A stretch of DNA of 55,233 nt from Candidatus Arcticimaribacter sp. (GCA_011526285.1 WTJU01000021.1:1-55233), one strand, 5' to 3'. Positions 9,901-19,148 are shown, counted from the stretch's first letter. The notes: generated by a model not told the origin, from the letters alone. Program-made: numbers and translations.

Positions 9901-10824
9901 TTTTTCTCCGTCACGGCACACATTACCCACGCTACCTGCATCTCCATTTGCTACACCACGATGAAAAAGATGCCCAATATCATAGTTTGCTTCGCCAACC
10001 TCAGCTGTTAATATATTTTGAATTTCCTGAGTAAAATTCCCGTCAAAAGGATCGGTTGTGGTGTCGGTATACAACAACGAAGCATCGGTAACCAATTCCA
10101 ATTGTATTCCCAAGTCAGCCAATAAAATCTCATTCATTCGATTTACGGTATTGGCTACTGCTGCTAGTGCATCTTCTTGGTTTGTTCCATTGGCATCATT
10201 ATTATCTCCCCAATAGCTGGTATATTCTGCCGAGCCTGCAACGGCAAAACGATAGGACCTTAGGGTTCCTGTAGTAGCAAATTTCTGGCTAGTAACATCT
10301 AAATCTTTTTGTTTAAACGCTGGAGGTTGAGGCGTCTTACAAAAAGGTAGTTTTATCGCTGGATCGAGTTCTTCAGATCGCTGGTAGGAGATATAGTTTT
10401 GACTATTTTTCTCTTTGGGCTGCAAGTAGACAAAACCCTTGGGTGTACGCATGGTACCATAGATCCCCAATGGGCTAAGTGTTATCCTTACAAACACACC
10501 CTTGCGTTGCGAACTTTCACCCCGAAAAGCTCTAATTGTAGGATACGCTTTTGCTTTTTCTGTTGAAAAAAGTTGAACGGGCGAAAGTAGAAATGCTTCC
10601 ATTTCATTTCGCTCGTTTGGAAAATACATGCTGATTTGTTCTCCTTTAGCTGAAGCCTGCAGTTGACGTTTTTTTATTTCAAACAACTCAGGATTTAGGC
10701 GAAAAGCATGTAGAGATGAGTTTTCTACCGTCTTGTGAGCGTCTTCATTTAGTGTAGACCAATAATCTTGGGCTTGTGCGAAGAAAGTCATGCCAAAAAA
10801 GAGTAGGAAAATACTTTTTTTCAA
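6985..10824 (-). CDS. T9SS-secreted reprolysin-like (M12B) zinc metalloprotease with FN3-like, proprotein-convertase P domain, TSP3 repeat and C-terminal T9SS sorting domain
   Basis: Signal peptide; HEVGHQLGALH zinc motif; SGSTIMSYAG Met-turn; ITHTYVDDL...GTWQLRVND P-domain; DNCPFVTNEDQLDTDGDGVGDLCD TSP3; LYPNP...GNYIV...KFIKQ CTD. Confidence 0.9.
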   Translation of the reverse strand: MKKSIFLLFFGMTFFAQAQDYWSTLNEDAHKTVENSSLHAFRLNPELFEIKKRQLQASAKGEQISMYFPNERNEMEAFLLSPVQLFSTEKAKAYPTIRAFRGESSQRKGVFVRITLSPLGIYGTMRTPKGFVYLQPKEKNSQNYISYQRSEELDPAIKLPFCKTPQPPAFKQKDLDVTSQKFATTGTLRSYRFAVAGSAEYTSYWGDNNDANGTNQEDALAAVANTVNRMNEILLADLGIQLELVTDASLLYTDTTTDPFDGNFTQEIQNILTAEVGEANYDIGHLFHRGVANGDAGSVGNVCRDGEKGSAFSSHPFTATNGSGGAFLTDYFDIDYVIHEVGHQLGALHTFSHSTEPFNVNSEPGSGSTIMSYAGIVGGQNMQRHSDPYFHYHSIQNIQNYLANQACQVATLSSNQIPTVTAGEDRAIPKGTAYYLTAVANDADGDALTYCWEQLDSGRVLASDFGPNQLTGSMNRSLLPVSLPTRNIPNSISVLNDQLTEINPYLGSPWETVSNVGRTLRWGITVRDRDQNNPNGVGFTAQDEILLQVVENAGPFVLTSQSQASTQWLAGGNEMIRWDVANTNFAPISTSHVNILLSTDAGQTFTTTLAANVPNNGKASIVVPGNINTSQARLKIEPVDNLYYAVNSANFSVATRPFAMPFTEVEKEICGQSSATFSFQLLQYDGFSSPVQFTVNGLPSGVTATINPLSLDTNNATGTIDILTNGETSGTYTLTLVGSSGSTVEAQQFFVRLYPTAISAPTLNTPTDEAEAQPTSLRLNWAAMSEAEEYRVQLSNSEDFSSLIEDVVTAVSFIDIDQLSGETTYYWRVKSINVCGESAYSAIFQFSTDLLTCSTYAANNVPRNIQDATQTASRNTIATILVADDLFITDINVRVNITHTYVDDLTLTLVAPGGEEVILIRNQGGNDNDFTATVFDSEATASIQSGSAPFSGTFRPLENLSVLYGTAGRGTWQLRVNDNAAQDTGTINSVELDICFNGQVAQNDDNDLYPNDEDNCPFVTNEDQLDTDGDGVGDLCDIDAQRNFSISKRDETCASENNGSIELEATALFNYTVEVTSTNGYNQQFNMNNGRLSINDLGASDYLLCITSDDVPAFEQCFATTIREPLSLQVTSKINLEAKTITLDLFGSDTYEITLNDQHFSLSKATQKTLPLQDGLTIVLVKTPLSCQGSYDERIYFNDASLLYPNPVSDALQLLIGGQESQVQLSVYDVKGNKIYAGEYQVDPYDRGISLDVGHFPPGNYIVHLETKQQLETLKFIKQ

Positions 10825-10918
10825 GGGTCAGATTTTAAATCAATGTTTCGGGAAAACTACACCAGATTTGGGTGAAAACCCCTAATTTTACTTTGAATTT
10901 TAAAGATAGTCTTTTTTT

Positions 10919-11842
10919 GTGAAGGTCATTTCTACAATTGAAAAATATACCGCCGCTCAACCCTGTTCCCTTACCATTGGTACTTTTGATGGTGTTCATA
11001 TTGGTCATCGTGAAATAATTCAACGCTTGGTAAAAAGTGCAAAAGAAAAAAATCACTTAGCCGTTGTTTTGACTTTCTTTCCTCACCCGCGAATGGTACT
11101 CCAAAAAGACACCGATATTCGTTTGATAGACACCATGGCTGAAAAAGAAATTTTGTTGGCTGAGTTAGGTGTTGATGTTCTTGTGGTTCACCCGTTCTCT
11201 AAAGCTTTTTCTCGTCAAACAGCTGATGAATTTATTCGCGATGTCCTTGTAAATTCCTTTAATATTGAACACCTAATTATTGGGTATGACCATCGCTTTG
11301 GCCGCAACAGAGAAGCAACTGTAGAAGATTTAGTAAACGCCGGAAACACCTATGGTTTCACTGTAGAGCAAATAGAGGCACAGGAAATTTCATCTGTTAA
11401 TGTAAGTTCAACCAAAATTCGTCATGCTCTAGAAGAGGGTGATATGAAAACTGCCACAACTTACCTCAACCGCCCGTTTATACTGACTGGAAAAGTGGTT
11501 AAGGGGAAAGAAATTGGACGTACTATTGACTTCCCTACTGCCAATTTACAATTAGAGGAGACGTATAAACTTCATCCCTGCGACGGAGTTTATTTGGTTC
11601 AAGCCACCATTAATAAAACAACAATATATGGTATGATGAACATCGGTTTTCGCCCTACCCTAAAAGGGGAAGAACGAAGCTTTGAAGTTCATTTTTTTGA
11701 TTTTGAGGGTAACCTGTATAACCAAATTTTGAGTATTGAAGTGTTGGAATTAATCAGAAAGGAACAAAAATTCCAATCGCTTGAGGCATTAAAACAACAG
11801 TTAGAAAAAGATAAGGCTACCTGCATGACTTTGATTCCCTAG
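10919..11842 (+). CDS. ribF: Bifunctional riboflavin kinase / FAD synthetase
   Basis: IGTFDGVHIGH, IGYDHRFG, VSSTKIR, GRTIDFPTAN and EVHFFDF motifs. Confidence 0.96.
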   Translation: MKVISTIEKYTAAQPCSLTIGTFDGVHIGHREIIQRLVKSAKEKNHLAVVLTFFPHPRMVLQKDTDIRLIDTMAEKEILLAELGVDVLVVHPFSKAFSRQTADEFIRDVLVNSFNIEHLIIGYDHRFGRNREATVEDLVNAGNTYGFTVEQIEAQEISSVNVSSTKIRHALEEGDMKTATTYLNRPFILTGKVVKGKEIGRTIDFPTANLQLEETYKLHPCDGVYLVQATINKTTIYGMMNIGFRPTLKGEERSFEVHFFDFEGNLYNQILSIEVLELIRKEQKFQSLEALKQQLEKDKATCMTLIP

Positions 11843-11872
11843 AAATAGGTCGAAAAGTGAAGCGCAAAATTT

Positions 11873-11880
11873 TATCTTTG
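11873..11880 (+). promoter_or_regulatory. -7 box (TATCTTTG) for serS
   Basis: TAnnTTTG match lying inside the ORF-track 5' extension, which supports the ATG at 11899. Confidence 0.55.
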
Positions 11881-11898
11881 CAGCAGAGAAATCAAAGC

Positions 11899-13170
11899 AT
11901 GATACCACTTAAACACCTAAGAGAAAATAAAACGGAAATTATTGAAGGTTTGCAAAAGCGAAACTTTAAGCAAACTGGTCTTTTAGACACGCTGTTATCT
12001 TTAGACGAAAAACGCCGAAAAACCCAAACCGAACTTGACCAACAATTGGCAGAAGCAAATCAGTTGGCAAAAAAAATTGGTCAGTTATTTAAGTCAGGTA
12101 AAGCAGAGGAAGCGCAAGAACTTAAAGCGCGTTCTGGAGAATTAAAAACAAGCTCAAAAACTTTACAAGAAAGTTTACAGGCAACAGCACAAGAGATGCT
12201 AGAGATTCGCTATCAAATACCCAATGTCCCACAAGCAAGTGTACCCGCTGGAACTTCTGAAGAGGACAATGAAGAATTGGAGCGTGGCGGAAAGTTACCC
12301 AATCTACATGAGGGCGCACTACCGCATTGGGAATTGGCTAAAAAGTATGACCTGATAGATTTTGACCTAGGTAGTAAAATTACGGGGGCTGGCTTCCCCG
12401 TTTACAAGGGGAAAGGCGCGCGTTTGCAACGTGCTTTGATCAATTATTTTTTAGATAAAAACACCGCAGCAGGCTATCAAGAAACACAAGTACCTCACTT
12501 GGTGAATGAAGCTTCTGGTATTGGCACGGGACAACTCCCCGACAAAGAAGGGCAAATGTATCATGTTACAGGGGACAATCTTTATTTGATTCCTACAGCA
12601 GAAGTACCGCTAACCAACATGTATCGTGATTTATTGCTGGATGAAAAAGATCTTCCTATAGCAGTAACAGGCTATACTCCCTGTTTTCGCAGAGAAGCAG
12701 GAAGCTATGGCGCTCATGTTCGTGGCCTAAACCGTTTGCATCAGTTTGATAAAGTAGAAATTGTTCGATTAGAAACACAAGAACGTTCTAACGAAGCTTT
12801 GGAAGAAATGATGCAACATGTAAAACAGATTCTAGCTGAACTTGAACTCCCTTATCGTGTATTGCGTTTGTGTGGTGGAGATTTGGGCTTTACATCAGCC
12901 TTGACATATGATTTTGAACTCTTTTCTGCTGCCCAAGAAAAATGGCTAGAAATTAGCTCAGTATCTACCTTTGAATCCTATCAGGCTGAACGTTTACAAT
13001 TGCGCTACCGCACCAAAGAGGGGCAAAAGCAAAATGTACACACCCTCAACGGAAGTTCATTAGCACTTCCTCGTGTTTTAGCCACTTTATTGGAAAATGG
13101 GCAAACAGAAGAAGGAATCATAATTCCTAAAGTATTAGTGCCTTACACCGGTTTTGATAAAATTGATTGA
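11899..13170 (+). CDS. serS: Serine--tRNA ligase
   Basis: N-terminal coiled-coil arm, LIPTAEVP, CFRREAGS, RLHQFDKVE and HTLNGS motifs. Confidence 0.97.
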   Translation: MIPLKHLRENKTEIIEGLQKRNFKQTGLLDTLLSLDEKRRKTQTELDQQLAEANQLAKKIGQLFKSGKAEEAQELKARSGELKTSSKTLQESLQATAQEMLEIRYQIPNVPQASVPAGTSEEDNEELERGGKLPNLHEGALPHWELAKKYDLIDFDLGSKITGAGFPVYKGKGARLQRALINYFLDKNTAAGYQETQVPHLVNEASGIGTGQLPDKEGQMYHVTGDNLYLIPTAEVPLTNMYRDLLLDEKDLPIAVTGYTPCFRREAGSYGAHVRGLNRLHQFDKVEIVRLETQERSNEALEEMMQHVKQILAELELPYRVLRLCGGDLGFTSALTYDFELFSAAQEKWLEISSVSTFESYQAERLQLRYRTKEGQKQNVHTLNGSSLALPRVLATLLENGQTEEGIIIPKVLVPYTGFDKID

Positions 13171-13171
13171 G

Positions 13172-13486
13172 ATGTATATCTACAATGTTACCGTACATGT
13201 TGAACCCACAGTAGAGCAAGCGTGGTTGGATTGGATGAAGTCACATCATCTTCCTAAAATGATGTCTACCGGACAATTCACCCAAGCGCGTTTGTTCAAG
13301 GTAATAAGTGATCAAGATCATGGCGGGGTGAGCTATGCAACACAATACCACTGTGCTTCTGAAAAAGAATACAACACCTACATAGAACACTATGCCAAAA
13401 ATCTGCGTCAAGATGCAATTGACCGTTTTGGCACTTCCATTTTAGCTTTTCGCACTCAATTGGAAGAAATCATTACTGTAGCATGA
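13172..13486 (+). CDS. DUF4286 family protein
   Basis: MYIYNVT...WLDWMK..HLP..M.TG.F...YATQY...AFRTQLE pattern, typical of the gene preceding rsmA in Flavobacteria. Confidence 0.8.
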   Translation: MYIYNVTVHVEPTVEQAWLDWMKSHHLPKMMSTGQFTQARLFKVISDQDHGGVSYATQYHCASEKEYNTYIEHYAKNLRQDAIDRFGTSILAFRTQLEEIITVA

Positions 13487-14268
13487 AAGCTGTTCGCCCT
13501 AAAAAACAACTTGGGCAACATTTCTTGACCGATTTGTCGATTGCAGAAAAAATCGCTAAAACACTAGATTTTTCGAACTACAGCAGGGTGCTTGAAATTG
13601 GTCCTGGCATGGGAGTACTCACTCAATTTCTTCCGTGGAAAGAAGGAAAAGTAGCGCTAATAGAATTGGATAATGAGTCAGTAAATTACCTCCAAGCGCA
13701 CTACGCGCCAATGGCTAAAAACATATATGAAGGTGACTTTCTCAGGGTAAACCTAAAAGAATTAATGGGCGCTGACCCTTTTGCTATTATCGGGAATTTC
13801 CCCTATAATATTTCTACCCAGATTGTTTTTAAAACCATTGAAAACCGAGACCAAATACCTTTCTTCTCTGGCATGTTCCAAAAAGAAGTTGCCCAACGTA
13901 TTTGCGAACCTCCCGGAAGTAAACGTTATGGGATTTTATCTGTTTTAACACAGTTATATTATCATACCAACTATGCATTTACTGTAAAACCCGGTGTTTT
14001 TAATCCGCCCCCTAAGGTAGATTCTGGTGTGATTACATTAAAACGAAAAGACAACTATCAGATTGATTGTAACGAGCAACTGCTGTTTAAAGTAGTAAAG
14101 TTGAGCTTTCAGCAAAGAAGAAAAACGCTACGCAATAGCCTAAAAACGCTAGGGCTTCCTAAAAATATTACAGAAGATAGTATCTTTGACCAACGTCCTG
14201 AAAAACTTTCAGGAGCAGACTTTATTGCACTAACTAAAAAAATAGACCATGGCCAACTTTCAACTTGA
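13483..14268 (+). CDS. rsmA: 16S rRNA (adenine1518/1519-N6)-dimethyltransferase
   Basis: KKQLGQHFL, LEIGPGMG, GNFPYNIS, FNPPPKVDS and QRRKTLRN motifs. Confidence 0.97.
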   Translation: MKAVRPKKQLGQHFLTDLSIAEKIAKTLDFSNYSRVLEIGPGMGVLTQFLPWKEGKVALIELDNESVNYLQAHYAPMAKNIYEGDFLRVNLKELMGADPFAIIGNFPYNISTQIVFKTIENRDQIPFFSGMFQKEVAQRICEPPGSKRYGILSVLTQLYYHTNYAFTVKPGVFNPPPKVDSGVITLKRKDNYQIDCNEQLLFKVVKLSFQQRRKTLRNSLKTLGLPKNITEDSIFDQRPEKLSGADFIALTKKIDHGQLST

Positions 14269-15607
14269 CGGGGAATACATAGGAGCAATAAAGAATCTTG
14301 TTGTTGAGAATAAGGACAAGAAACTTAAAAAACAGCTACACGAACTTCACTATGCCGATATTGCTGAGCTGATTGAAGAATTATCAATTGATGAAGCAAT
14401 ATATCTCGTAAAACTTCTTGACAGCGAAAAAACTGCAGATGCCTTGGCAGAGGTTGATGAAGACTTTCGTGAAAAAATCCTAGACCAGTTATCGGCAAAA
14501 GAAATTGCAGAAGAAGTAGAAGAACTTGATACTGATGATGCCGCTGATATCATTGCAGAACTCCCAGAAGAACGACAAGAAAAAGTGCTTTCGGAAATCG
14601 AAGATACCGAGCATTTAAAAGACATTCGTGAGCTACTGCGTTATGAAGAAGACACTGCAGGGAGTTTGATGGCCAAAGAGTTGGTAAAAGTTCATGAAGA
14701 TTTAAGCGTGCTTAAATGCGTGAACGCCATGCGCAAACAGGCACAAGAGGTGACCCGTGTTCATTCTATCTATGTGGTTAACTCCAAAAATGAATTGCTT
14801 GGACGTTTATCCCTTAAAGATTTGATTACAGCAAATTCACGTGCTATTGTTAAAGATATTTATATTCCTAAAGTAGATTTTGTTCATGTAAATGAAGATG
14901 TAGAGGAAGTGGCTAAAATCATGTCGAAGTACGATCTTGAAGCCATTCCGGTGGTTAACGATAACAAAGAATTATTAGGGCGCATTACTATTGACGATAT
15001 TGTTGATGTAATTAAAGAAGAAGCCGACAAAGATTATCAATTAGCCGCAGGAATATCGAACGATGTTGAAGCTGATGACACGATATTAGAGTTAACGCGT
15101 GCTCGACTCCCTTGGCTATTCTTGGGTTTACTAGGCGGACTCGGTAGCGTGTTTATTCTAAAAGATTTTGAAACGGTAATGAATCAGCCACAACTGCGTT
15201 CTTTGTTTTTCTACACCCCACTCATCGCCGCCATGGCAGGGAATGTTGGTGTACAATCTTCCGCAATTATTGTGCAAGGTTTGGCCAACGATATCGTGAA
15301 AGGATCTATGATCAGTCGCTTATTTAAGGAAATTGGGCTAAGCCTCATCAATGGATTTTTCTTGGCGGTTGTGCTCATCGCCTTTGGACAAGTCATGGGA
15401 CAAGAACTAAGTCTAAGTCTTACCGTAGCAGGCTCTATGATGGGGGTTATTGTTATGGCAGCACTCATTGGTACTTTTGTTCCTATTGTGCTCGATAAAC
15501 GCGGTATTGACCCTGCTATCGCCACTGGTCCTTTTATTACAACAGCCAATGATATTTTTGGCATTTTTCTCTTTTTCTATATCGCACAAGTAGTGCTAGG
15601 TTTTTAA
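14249..15607 (+). CDS. mgtE: Magnesium transporter MgtE
   Basis: Acidic N domain, CBS pair (TAGSLM...GRITIDDIVD), RARLPWL, AMAGNVGVQ and DPAIATGPFITTAND. Confidence 0.95.
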   Translation: MANFQLDGEYIGAIKNLVVENKDKKLKKQLHELHYADIAELIEELSIDEAIYLVKLLDSEKTADALAEVDEDFREKILDQLSAKEIAEEVEELDTDDAADIIAELPEERQEKVLSEIEDTEHLKDIRELLRYEEDTAGSLMAKELVKVHEDLSVLKCVNAMRKQAQEVTRVHSIYVVNSKNELLGRLSLKDLITANSRAIVKDIYIPKVDFVHVNEDVEEVAKIMSKYDLEAIPVVNDNKELLGRITIDDIVDVIKEEADKDYQLAAGISNDVEADDTILELTRARLPWLFLGLLGGLGSVFILKDFETVMNQPQLRSLFFYTPLIAAMAGNVGVQSSAIIVQGLANDIVKGSMISRLFKEIGLSLINGFFLAVVLIAFGQVMGQELSLSLTVAGSMMGVIVMAALIGTFVPIVLDKRGIDPAIATGPFITTANDIFGIFLFFYIAQVVLGF

Positions 15608-15618
15608 GTTTACCGGTT

Positions 15619-16563
15619 ATGAAAATTCTTCATCTCGATGAAAACCACCCATTATTGCTACAGCAATTAGAAGCCGCTGGATTTCAAAACACCATAGCCT
15701 ACACCACGCCTAAAGAAGAAGTGGAACGAATACTACCTCAGTTTGATGGAATTGTTATTAGAAGTAGATTCCCCCTTAACGCTAGTTTTTTAGCAAAAGG
15801 GAATAATTTAAAATTTATCGCTAGAGTGGGTGCTGGTGTTGAAAATATTGATCAAGATGTGGCGAAACAGTGTGGGATAACGCTTTTTTCAGCTCCTTTA
15901 GGCAATGCAAATGCAGTAGGAGAACACGCTTTGGGCATGCTCTTAAACTTAATGAATAAATTAAGTAGTGCAAATCAGTCCATACGGAATGGAGAGTGGC
16001 TTCGGGAAACGCATCGCGGAGAAGAGCTAGAAGGAAAAACCGTGGGGATTATTGGCTACGGAAATATGGGAAAAAGTTTTGCCAAAAAACTCCAAGGTTT
16101 TGATGTAGCCGAGGTTATATATTACGATATCGAAACCAAAACTCCTGATGCCTTCGCCCGTCAAGTTGGCCTTGATGAACTGCAAAAAAATGCAGAGGTT
16201 TTGAGCCTCCACACCCCGCAAACCAAAGAAACAATAGGCATGATAAACGCTGCTTTTTTGCGTAAAATGCTGCACCCATTTTGGTTAATCAATACGGCCA
16301 GAGGGAGTGCAATTAAAACAAATGACCTTGTAGCAGCACTAAAAGAAGGAAAAGTTAGAGGAGCTGCTTTAGATGTATTGGAATATGAAAAAAGCTCATT
16401 CGAAGACCTTTTTGAAAACCAAAAAAATGAGGATCTTGACTACCTCCTCAAAGCTTCAAACGTACTTTTGTCTCCACATGTGGCAGGGTGGTCTATAGAA
16501 AGCCACCGTAAACTTGCTGAAATTATCGTGCGACAAATTGTACTAAATTTCGGAAAAGCTTAG
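15619..16563 (+). CDS. D-2-hydroxyacid dehydrogenase (D-3-phosphoglycerate dehydrogenase-like)
   Basis: IARVGAGVENID, GIIGYGNMG Rossmann motif, INTARG, LDVLEYE and SPHVAG. Confidence 0.88.
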   Translation: MKILHLDENHPLLLQQLEAAGFQNTIAYTTPKEEVERILPQFDGIVIRSRFPLNASFLAKGNNLKFIARVGAGVENIDQDVAKQCGITLFSAPLGNANAVGEHALGMLLNLMNKLSSANQSIRNGEWLRETHRGEELEGKTVGIIGYGNMGKSFAKKLQGFDVAEVIYYDIETKTPDAFARQVGLDELQKNAEVLSLHTPQTKETIGMINAAFLRKMLHPFWLINTARGSAIKTNDLVAALKEGKVRGAALDVLEYEKSSFEDLFENQKNEDLDYLLKASNVLLSPHVAGWSIESHRKLAEIIVRQIVLNFGKA

Positions 16564-17816
16564 TTGGAGACAACTACCTGTAAGGTCTCCTTTGTTCGTT
16601 GCTCCAATAAGATTTTCTCACCATAAGAACGAACTTTTTCTTTCGCTTTCTCGTCAAAATGACGCACTGTGTAAAGATTGACACCTTCTGTTACGGTCAC
16701 CTTAAATTTTGATCGTAGCTCTGTCAGCAATTCTTCTAAACGATTGTACTTATTATTGACTACTACAGAAAAACTTATCGCTGAATTTTGAATGAGTTCC
16801 ACCCGCATTTGGTAGCGAGAAAGCAAAGCGAAAATTTCTGAAATGTTATTTTCAACTATAAATGAAAAATCTAATGAAGAAAGCTTTAAAAGGACTTGGT
16901 TTTGTTTTACAATAAAACAAGGCACATGGGGTTCAAGGGTTTGCCCTTTAGAAACTGCAGTCCCTTTACCCTCTGGGGAAACAAAAGAACGAACATAAAG
17001 TGGGATTTCTTTTCGTTGTAAAGGCTGAAGGGTTTTAGGATGAATAACAGAGGCACCATAAAAAGCCAATTCAATTGCTTCGCGGTAGGAGATCTGATTC
17101 AAGAGCACAGTATCTTCAAAATGACGAGGATCACCATTTAGTACCCCAGGAACATCTTTCCATATGGTTACCGACTCTGCCCCAAGCGCGTAGCCAAATA
17201 TAGCCGCAGTATAGTCTGACCCTTCGCGCCCAAGAGTGGTCGTAAAGTTGTTGCTGTCACTCCCAATAAACCCTTGTGAAATAATAAGCTTTGCTCCGTT
17301 TACTTGTTCTTTTATTTTGCTTTGAGTCAAATCCCAATCGAGATTCGCATCGCGATAATAACTATCTGTCTTCACGCAAGAGCGGGCATCTAACCAATGA
17401 GCTGGTAGTCCTACAGAACGTAAATAATCACAAATAATGGTGGTAGAAATCAACTCCCCAAATGAAACTGTTTGATCGTAAACAAAGCTGTAATTTGGCG
17501 ATTTGTTGTGTTCAAAAAAAGAAAGCATTTCTCCAATGAGTTTTCGCACTTTATCCTCCAATTCGGTGCTATTTTCCCCCATTAGCGCTGAAACAATATT
17601 CAAATGAAACGCTTCTAATGCTTGAATTGCTGTTTTAAGTTGAGCAGGGTTATTTTGATAAGTAGCGACAATTTCTTCTAATGCATTGGTTGTTTTACCC
17701 ATGGCAGAAACAATTATCAATACATCTTCATAGCCCACTTGTTGTAAGACAGAAGCTACATTTTTTACACTTGGTGCATCTTTAACAGAAGCACCTCCAA
17801 ACTTAAATATCCTCAT
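16560..17816 (-). CDS. lysC: Aspartate kinase
   Basis: KFGGASV, VSAMGKTTN, TTLGREGSDYTA, WKDVPG and VIHPKT motifs, with C-terminal ACT-like domains. Confidence 0.94.
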   Translation of the reverse strand: MRIFKFGGASVKDAPSVKNVASVLQQVGYEDVLIIVSAMGKTTNALEEIVATYQNNPAQLKTAIQALEAFHLNIVSALMGENSTELEDKVRKLIGEMLSFFEHNKSPNYSFVYDQTVSFGELISTTIICDYLRSVGLPAHWLDARSCVKTDSYYRDANLDWDLTQSKIKEQVNGAKLIISQGFIGSDSNNFTTTLGREGSDYTAAIFGYALGAESVTIWKDVPGVLNGDPRHFEDTVLLNQISYREAIELAFYGASVIHPKTLQPLQRKEIPLYVRSFVSPEGKGTAVSKGQTLEPHVPCFIVKQNQVLLKLSSLDFSFIVENNISEIFALLSRYQMRVELIQNSAISFSVVVNNKYNRLEELLTELRSKFKVTVTEGVNLYTVRHFDEKAKEKVRSYGEKILLEQRTKETLQVVVSN

Positions 17817-18298
17817 TTTTGCTTTGCTATATAACGACGCATGGTCGCTTTATCCATTTGTACGGTGCGCCAATCATCAAGTACATGAGCACCACTATTT
17901 TCATAAAATTTAATTGCGTTGGTATTCCAATCCAATACTGCCCACTCAACACGCCGGACTCCCTCTGAAACGGCATACTCAATAAATGCTGTATACAAGG
18001 CCTTTCCAACCCCTATTCCTCGTTCTCTTTGGGTCACAATTAGATCTTCTAAATGAAACGTTGGACCTTTCCATGTAGAATAGCGCGGATAAAATAAAGC
18101 CATACCAATTACTTGACCTTCTTTCTCAGCAACAAGGCATTTAAATTTTGGACGTTGACCAAAGGCATGATTTTGAAGATCATCTTCAGTAATGACTACC
18201 GCATCAGATTCTTTCTCAAAATCTGCTAATTCTTGAATCAATCCAAGAACAGCTTTCATGTCTTTGGGTTCTACCCAGCGTAAATTCGCTGTTTTCAT
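17813..18298 (-). CDS. GNAT family N-acetyltransferase (diamine/spermidine acetyltransferase-like)
   Basis: LIQELADFEK, YSTWKG..HLEDLIV, RGIGVG and VLDWN..AI.FY. Confidence 0.88.
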   Translation of the reverse strand: MKTANLRWVEPKDMKAVLGLIQELADFEKESDAVVITEDDLQNHAFGQRPKFKCLVAEKEGQVIGMALFYPRYSTWKGPTFHLEDLIVTQRERGIGVGKALYTAFIEYAVSEGVRRVEWAVLDWNTNAIKFYENSGAHVLDDWRTVQMDKATMRRYIAKQK

Positions 18299-18302
18299 TT
18301 GG

Positions 18303-18310
18303 CAAAAATA
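18303..18310 (-). promoter_or_regulatory. -7 box (TATTTTTG) for GNAT-lysC
   Basis: TAnnTTTG match on the minus strand only 4 bp before the ATG, implying a nearly leaderless transcript. Confidence 0.45.
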
Positions 18311-18380
18311 AGATTGTTAAATGGTTTCTTTACCGTTTCTAATGCGATTTCACAATTTGCAGTTTTTGTGTGAAAAAGAT

Positions 18381-19148
18381 TTACCACCAGTTGTTTATAG
18401 CTGCTGCAAAAGCTTTAGGATTCTCTGCATGTAACCAATGTCCCGCTTGTGGTATTGTGACTAATTGAGCCAATGGAAAATGGTGTTTAAGCAACAACTC
18501 GTCATGCGTTTCAATGTAGCCTGAAAGTGCTCCTTTTAAAAAGAGTGTTTTTCCTTTGAAGCTGTGTTGTTTCTCCAATGATGCCCCAATGTGATCACTT
18601 GCATTTTTTAAAACATCAATGTTTAAACGTAAGCCCAATTGGTCTGGTGTTACACGATAAATATTCTTCAATAAGAATTGACGCGTAGGAATTTCTTTTA
18701 CATGTAATGCCAATTGTTCATCTGCTTCTTTTCGACTTTTTATGATTTCAAAATCTAGCGATGCTAAACCATTTAGAATAGACTGATGGTGGGGCGGATA
18801 GGACTTGGGGGCAATGTCTGCAACAATTAACTGATTTACTTTTTCAGGATATAAACAAGCAAAAAGCATAGCAACTTTTCCACCCATAGAATGCCCCATA
18901 AGTGTTGCTTGTTTAAGATGGTTTACGGTTAAGTAATTCAGTAAATCTTCTGCCATTTCTTGATAGCCAAAAGCGGTGGACCAAAAACTCCTCCCGTGAT
19001 TTCGTTGATCGATAAGATGCACACGCCAGCCTTGACTTGCCCAGTTTTTAGCGTGGGTTTTCCAATTGTCTCCCATACCCAAAAACCCGTGAAGAACAAT
19101 CAAATCTTTATTGCCTTCACCCACTACTAAAGCGTGTACTAATTTCAT
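18381..19148 (-). CDS. Alpha/beta hydrolase (YbfF-like esterase)
   Basis: LHGFLG, DQRNHG, GHSMGG nucleophile elbow, DIAP and AGHWLHAENP. Confidence 0.9.
   Translation of the reverse strand: MKLVHALVVGEGNKDLIVLHGFLGMGDNWKTHAKNWASQGWRVHLIDQRNHGRSFWSTAFGYQEMAEDLLNYLTVNHLKQATLMGHSMGGKVAMLFACLYPEKVNQLIVADIAPKSYPPHHQSILNGLASLDFEIIKSRKEADEQLALHVKEIPTRQFLLKNIYRVTPDQLGLRLNIDVLKNASDHIGASLEKQHSFKGKTLFLKGALSGYIETHDELLLKHHFPLAQLVTIPQAGHWLHAENPKAFAAAINNWW

Noticed and set aside
16560-18298. Aspartate kinase plus GNAT as a possible ectoine (ask/ectA) module
   Set aside because: No ectB or ectC is nearby, and the GNAT resembles diamine acetyltransferases rather than EctA.
18348-18375. TTTCACA-N14-TGTGAAA inverted repeat between the hydrolase and GNAT genes
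   Set aside because: It is an AT-rich 7-bp stem with a long loop and no U tract on the minus strand, so it is not distinguishable from chance.
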